Assembly (NCBI RefSeq): GCF_009914755.1
Contig: NC_060935.1
From: the human T2T-CHM13v2.0 reference genome, Homo sapiens
Strand: one strand, 5' to 3'
DNA length: 64,000 nt
Below the pieces are notes generated by a model that was not told the DNA's origin, ran no database searches, and saw nothing but the letters and a program-made list of their open reading frames with translations. The position numbers and the translations under genes are program-made. Positions 58,030-64,000 of this stretch are shown here, piece after piece; position 1 is the stretch's first letter, and every line of letters starts with the position of its first letter.

Positions 58030-58262
58030 ATTTACCTGTTCATGGGCATTTGGGTTATTTCCAGTTTTTGGCTATTACGAATAAAGCTGTTGTAAACAAT
58101 CATACAAGTCTTTTTGTAGACATACATTTTTATTTGTATTGGATAAACACCTAGTTTTGGAATTGCTAAGTCATATAGTAAATATATGTTTAACTTTTTT
58201 AGAAACTGCCAAATCATTTTCCAAAGAGGTTATAACATTTTTCACTCCCCCAAGAATGTGAG
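58030..58262 (-). mobile_element. L1M 3' fragment
   Basis: CATTTGGGTTATTTCCAGTTTTTGGCTATT; minus-strand peptide resembles the ORF2 C-terminus (WQFLKKLNIYLLYDLAIP). Confidence 0.8.
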
Positions 58263-58648
58263 TTAGGACAATTCTTACTGATTGGTACGTAGTAGTTGAT
58301 TAGGTTGCCTAAATTTTTTATTCTGGAAAATGGTAGGAATGAATAAACAAACATATATAGAAATATCTAAATAAACATTCACAAATTTCACCAGTGAATC
58401 CTGTCACATATAGATAGATATTGATAAGAAATATTTCAGATGAGTGATAAGAATATTGATTCAGAAAGTGATTTTTTTCCCTCAATAGGACATTTAAACA
58501 CTAGGAGCACTATATATTATGTGGTATACATTATAATTTGATTATTATATATGTTTTAGGGTATATATTAACACTATGTGACACATATTGTATCTAATAA
58601 TTATGTCTTTAATCCTTTTGCAATTCAATCATTGCTTTTATATTTCAG

Positions 58649-58761
58649 GTATTAACAGTGTTTGCTTTGATGAGAAATCAAAACATATAACTGCAATGAA
58701 ATCTTTAGAGGGAGAAGTTGTACCTTTTAAAAATAAAGTTCCTCTATCAAATAATGTAGAG
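58649..58761 (+). CDS. DYNC2H1: Exon 29 (113 nt), GINSV...SNNVE
   Basis: ttcag|GTA ... GAG|gtaagc. Confidence 0.96.
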
Positions 58762-59097
58762 GTAAGCAATTCTTTTTCAAATATGAAAACAAAAAGAATT
58801 AACTATATATGAACTTTGTGTCTAAAATAATTTAGTCAATTTAGAGGGTAAAGTTGGTTAATTTAGGTATTTTAGGAAACTCAGCTCATATCTTAAAAAT
58901 GATTTGTTTTGTTAGTTTCGGAGTATTTTGATATTAAAAAGAATATGGATTTGTAGTCTTTGGAAGGCAGCCTGTAATTATGAAAAGAACCTTGGCCTTG
59001 GAGTAAAAAATCTTAGATATTAATCTTAGCTCCACAACTTAATAGCTATGTGACTTACAGTGTTGTTTTTCTAATCAGTAAAATGGTAATCTCAGTA

Positions 59098-59321
59098 CAG
59101 GTGGAGTATGTCTTATCCAAAGTATTTGGGACCAGAAGTGTTTCAGATTTCAGATTTTGTTAGATTTTGGACTATTTGCATTATGTCAGTTCAGCATCCC
59201 TAATGTGAAAATCCAAAATGCTCCAATAAGTGTTTCCTTTGAGCATCATGTCAACCTCAAAAAGTTTTAGATTTTGGAGGATTTTGGATTTTGGATTTTC
59301 GGATTAGGGATGTTCAACCTG
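59098..59321. mobile_element. Tigger4a/MER46-like MITE
   Basis: TA|CAGGTGGAG...TTCAACCTG|TA terminal inverted repeats with TA target duplication. Confidence 0.85.
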
Positions 59322-60746
59322 TAACTGTTGCAAAGACTTTCAATTAAAAATTAAATGAGATAATTGGCTTTAAGTACACTATTTAGTGCTTGGAACATGG
59401 TACTCAATACATTTTCGTTGTCTTTACTCTTTAAAATATGAATTTGTATAAGATGATTTGGGTGAACAAGTAAGCGAACAACTATTGATTAACTGGTTCT
59501 GCAGGACTGGAAGTAAACTGATCAAAGGCCTATTATAGGCATATAGCTAAAACTAACTAGCAATAGATTGCATCACATGGAATTGTAACTTTTCAATTTC
59601 AAATTATCTTCCACCTGGAAGCCAGGGCCCATGCCTTACCATGTGCATGTCCATACAGCCTAGCAAAATGTTTATTCCTGGTTAGGTTGCAACATTTTAT
59701 TGGATATTGAGTACATAAATCAGTTGATTGAAAACCTGGGAGATTTGCTAATCATATTTGGTTAAGAGTTTTGTTTTTTTTCCTGTCTTGTAGTTTTGTT
59801 GGATATACACAGAGGGACAGAGCTTAAATTTTAGCAACTGGGCTAGAGCAGGTATACCAGCAAAGGAAAAGTTGAAACTCTGGAAGCTTTATGATTGTTA
59901 GCAGAGTAGATGTGTCTGTTGCCATGCACTGAGAGGCAGATTCTCACTCTTTAGCTTCAGTGAATTTTGATGCTATTTTCAATACTGGAGAATGCTCTAC
60001 AGATTGAAAAAAAAAGCTGGAACACAGAGTTATTTAAGTACGCAATGATGAGAGGCTAAGATTGCAGCTTTTGCCTTTTTATTACAAATGATATATTTTT
60101 AAGGTTAAGAAGTGATTCATAAATATTCATTGTTTATCAATCATTGTTATTTTAACTTTTTATTATTTTATATATAATCAAGTGAGTGGAAAAATACATT
60201 TTTTTTCACTTTGAAACAAAATTAGTTTTGTTGGATGAAGCAATCTAAGCCCCCAAATAATACATTTCATCCTGATGAAGCAATCCCTTCCTATGGTTAC
60301 GACTTTATGAATATAAGATCATCAGGATGGCATGAGCCAGGAACTTAGCCAGCCATTTTGACCCTGATTTATTGGCCAAACTATCTGGTTTGATTCATCA
60401 TAATGATGAAGTGAATGGGTCGACTTTTAAATGCTCATATTATATTGGCTTGTATAGATATAGTCATGGTAGTGTTAGCCACAAATTTATGTTTTCACAC
60501 TCATCATTATCCTAAGAGGTGAAAAAATTGTTTTATTCAAATTATTTAAACTGTTTATTAAGAAAATAAAGAATTATATTCCTATAACACATTTTAGGAG
60601 TGTAATGATCAATAGGAAAGTATAATACCCCGTCTTGAAATAACAGTATAGAGTTAGTAGATTGTATATTTATTTTATGTCTTATATATATTATTTTCCA
60701 GTTTATTTTATGTCTTGTTTATATTATTTTCCAATTTCTTTTTCAG

Positions 60747-60866
60747 ACATGGTTGAATGATTTGGCCTTAGAAATGAAGAAAACTTTGGAACAGTTGTTG
60801 AAGGAATGTGTTACTACTGGGCGAAGTTCTCAAGGTGCAGTTGACCCATCTCTGTTCCCTTCACAG
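60747..60866 (+). CDS. DYNC2H1: Exon 30 (120 nt), TWLND...LFPSQ
   Basis: ttcag|ACA ... CAG|gtaagg. Confidence 0.96.
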
Positions 60867-62894
60867 GTAAGGGGGCTTACGTGTAGAAGCTACATAGGCA
60901 TGGTACGTGGAAAGATCCCTGACCTAGAAGCCAGGAGGCTCAGATAAATCGCATCTGTTTTCTCCCTTTATCTAACAGTTAACGGACAAATTGCTTAACT
61001 TCTGAGTCTCAGTTCCTTCAGCTGTAAAATGTGGGGGATGAATTGAGATCCAAGCAACCTAGGCCAGTGGTGAGTAGGATGGGGAGGAGGGAATCAGGCA
61101 TCTAATAGCTTCCTGGTTCCAGATGATTAGTTCATCATTGATGGAGAATCACAGGATCTATAACACTGTTGTCCCCTACCCGTCCATCCCTCCCATGGGA
61201 TCATCTAAGCATTGGAGCTGGCAGGAACTTAGCAGGTATTAGTGTAAATCTGAAATAGTCATAACACTAAACTGTAATATTGACAGTGAGAGTGAGGTCA
61301 TATGGTGAATTACAGAGATGGCTGCAGCTCAGGGTTAATAGGAGTTCATCCCTGAACACTGGGTACTAGATATTTAGCTTACAAAATTTGTACCAGTCTA
61401 TATCAAAATGTAGCACTAAGACTTGTGTTAAACATCCTGCGTTGTTTAATAGTTGGGCCAGACTGTTACAGGTGTAGGTCATCAGGAACTTTAGTTCTTA
61501 GGGACTGTGGATGGTAGACATTGGGATGTTTCATGATTTCTTACAGAAAAATCTACCCAGCAGCTCTCAAAGTTATTTGCTTTTCAAATAAAAAAAAATG
61601 TAGTGGCTATTGGAACAGGTTTTTATGTTGATTTTCTGTAAGTATGGAAGCTTGGAACAGTTTACATTCTGAACCATTTTCTCATACATGCCATTTGTAT
61701 CTTTTTTCATTTTAAGGCAAACTGAAATGTTTCAAAAAAGCTCAAATTCTTAGAGAAAAATATAAGTAATCATCACTGAATAACCAAAGCCATTGTAGAA
61801 CCAGAGTAGACTGCTTTATTACCACTGAAAATGTTTCCTAGTACTCTGTCAACTTCCAGATAGGATTTATAAATCAACTTAGAATAAAAGACACAGTATA
61901 CAAAAAGTCTACAAAAGCAATATTGTATAATATTTGGGTTAGGGAAAATGACAATTGTGTTGGGAGATATAGTGGGAGGTAATAGGCTAGAGAAAGTTGT
62001 TGGATTTCAGCCTGCAACTTACCTCCAGGCCCTTGAGCAGTCAGGTAAAAGTGTGAACTACTAAAAATGTAAATAGTTCATTATCTACTAAAATAAAGAA
62101 TTCTAGTTTATTAGCAGTTAATGCTAAGAAATATTGATCTCAAGAGTATTTACATAAGGGAATTGAGTAGCATAATTGGCTATTATGTACTGATAATTCA
62201 GTTACTTTTTTTATATGGACCTGAAATAATGGTAGAGAGGGTACTTTTTTGGTATGGGAAGGAGGCAGTGTGGTAAAGTAGAAAGAATCTGACTTTGGTT
62301 TAAATATTAATCTTTGCTAGTTATCCTGAGTAGAACATTTTGACACTTACATTATTTACATGACCTTCAAGTACCTACGTTATCAAGTCATTTTGAAGGT
62401 TATTTCATAATGTTTGCAGAGCACACTTAATTGTCATTACATTTTAGGTAATTCATAATATTAGTTCCTATCCAGCTGTCTTAACAGTAATGCGATTTTA
62501 TAACCCAGGACTGTAACTTAACTCTAACTTTTGTTAGCCATTCACAGAAATTACACAGCAGACTGTAAAAAATTAAGTTTATTGATATGTATTTGTAATA
62601 TAGAAATTCAGTAGCATTGCCTAGGATTAGGCTTGAAGGTAGCAAAGGAACATTTTTATATGAAAATCAAAGAGCAAAGTATTTTTCTCAAAAGCAGATT
62701 TGGTTCTCCATAAATACCTCATCATATACCTGATTAAAGAAACTGATGAGTTTCATACCACAAAGTTTGTTTGGGCGATGACTTTGCTTAGAAATGAGTT
62801 ACTAGTTGGCTTTCTTTTCCATAAAAGAACCATAATGTAATATTTACAGAATGTTTTAAGTTGCAGTAAGACAGCAGCTTAGCCTGCTCTCATG

Positions 62895-63164
<270 letters not shown>

Positions 63165-63617
63165 TAGGAGAATACTGGAATTTTGCTATCGTAGACTTCA
63201 GTACTATACTAAGAAATTATTTTGAAATGCTAAAGATTGCCCTTTTATTAATTAGAATGCATCATACTTTGATATCTTTGTAGTTTACTGGTTGAAAAGA
63301 AGCCATTTCTGAAGAGAGGGGAAGAAAATACAAAGGCTTTGAGGTTACAATAAACATAGTGGGTTATAGGACCAGAAAAATAGGTTTGTAGTAGAGTATA
63401 GTATGAAATGAGTTCTGTGAAGTAGGCTTGGCTGCATCACACAATACTTTTTCTACTACTATATTACTCTATTAATATTTAAGGTTCCAGTATGACATTA
63501 AGATGGAGAGATCCAATATACAATTGGCTATTTGAAAAAAGGTGCCTTTCTTTAAATTTATAAAATATTTCTAAGTAAATTCACCTTTTAAAAATAATTT
63601 TTCTCTTTATTCAATAG

Positions 63618-63768
63618 ATTTTATGCTTGGCGGAGCAGATTAAATTCACTGAAGATGTAGAAAATGCTATTAAAGATCATAGTCTTCATCAGATTGAAAC
63701 ACAACTGGTGAATAAGTTAGAGCAATATACTAACATTGATACAAGTTCTGAGGATCCAGGGAATACTG
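63618..63768 (+). CDS. DYNC2H1: Exon 31 (151 nt), ILCLA...DPGNT
   Basis: aatag|ATT ... ACTG|gtatgg. Confidence 0.95.
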
Positions 63769-64000
63769 GTATGGAAAAGACATTCCCTTTTCTGCCTGGT
63801 TTTGGGTTATTTTTTGGTATTCTATCCTAATTTACCTATTGTGTTTTTGACTGTATATCTGTGTTGGTGATTACTCGAGGAATTACAACATATATACTTA
63901 AATTTTTATAATGTACTTTGAATCAGTAATTTACTAATTTAAATAGAATATAGAAACCTTACTACCATATAGGCTTCTTTATCCTCTCCTTTTAATATTG

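Noticed and set aside
60273-60367. C/D-box snoRNA (TGATGA ... CTGA, about 95 nt)
   Set aside because: No terminal stem flanking the boxes, the C box is sequestered in an internal inverted repeat, and no guide sequence recognised.

Overview
Primate (most likely human) genomic DNA holding the CpG-island promoter and the first 31 coding exons of DYNC2H1 (cytoplasmic dynein-2 heavy chain, the retrograde intraflagellar transport motor) on the + strand. Joined by hand, the exons give one open frame from ATG 7302 to 63768 (4762 nt, 1587 codons, MANGTADVRK...SSEDPGNT). This covers the tail and linker; the AAA motor lies beyond the window. All introns are GT-AG except intron 27, which is GC-AG. The non-coding DNA is mostly repeats: about 19 Alus, a full-length antisense L1PA3-like LINE-1 in intron 17, a tiny L1 3' stub, MaLR/ERVL LTRs, hAT and Tc1/mariner fossils, and L2/MIR/old L1. 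No novel system can be proven from sequence alone. The best lead is the intron-17 L1, which supplies both a sense-strand poly(A) signal and a sense-directed antisense promoter with ORF0 splice donors, placed so that it could split the gene into a tail-only product (aa 1-858+V) and an N-truncated product starting at Met868. Other leads are a duplication-born in-frame cryptic acceptor at exon 30, a CpG-containing RFX X-box at the promoter, a MADE1 hairpin upstream, and inverted Alu pairs around in-frame exon blocks. Repeat subfamily calls come from remembered consensus sequences, and boundaries of old repeats are approximate.
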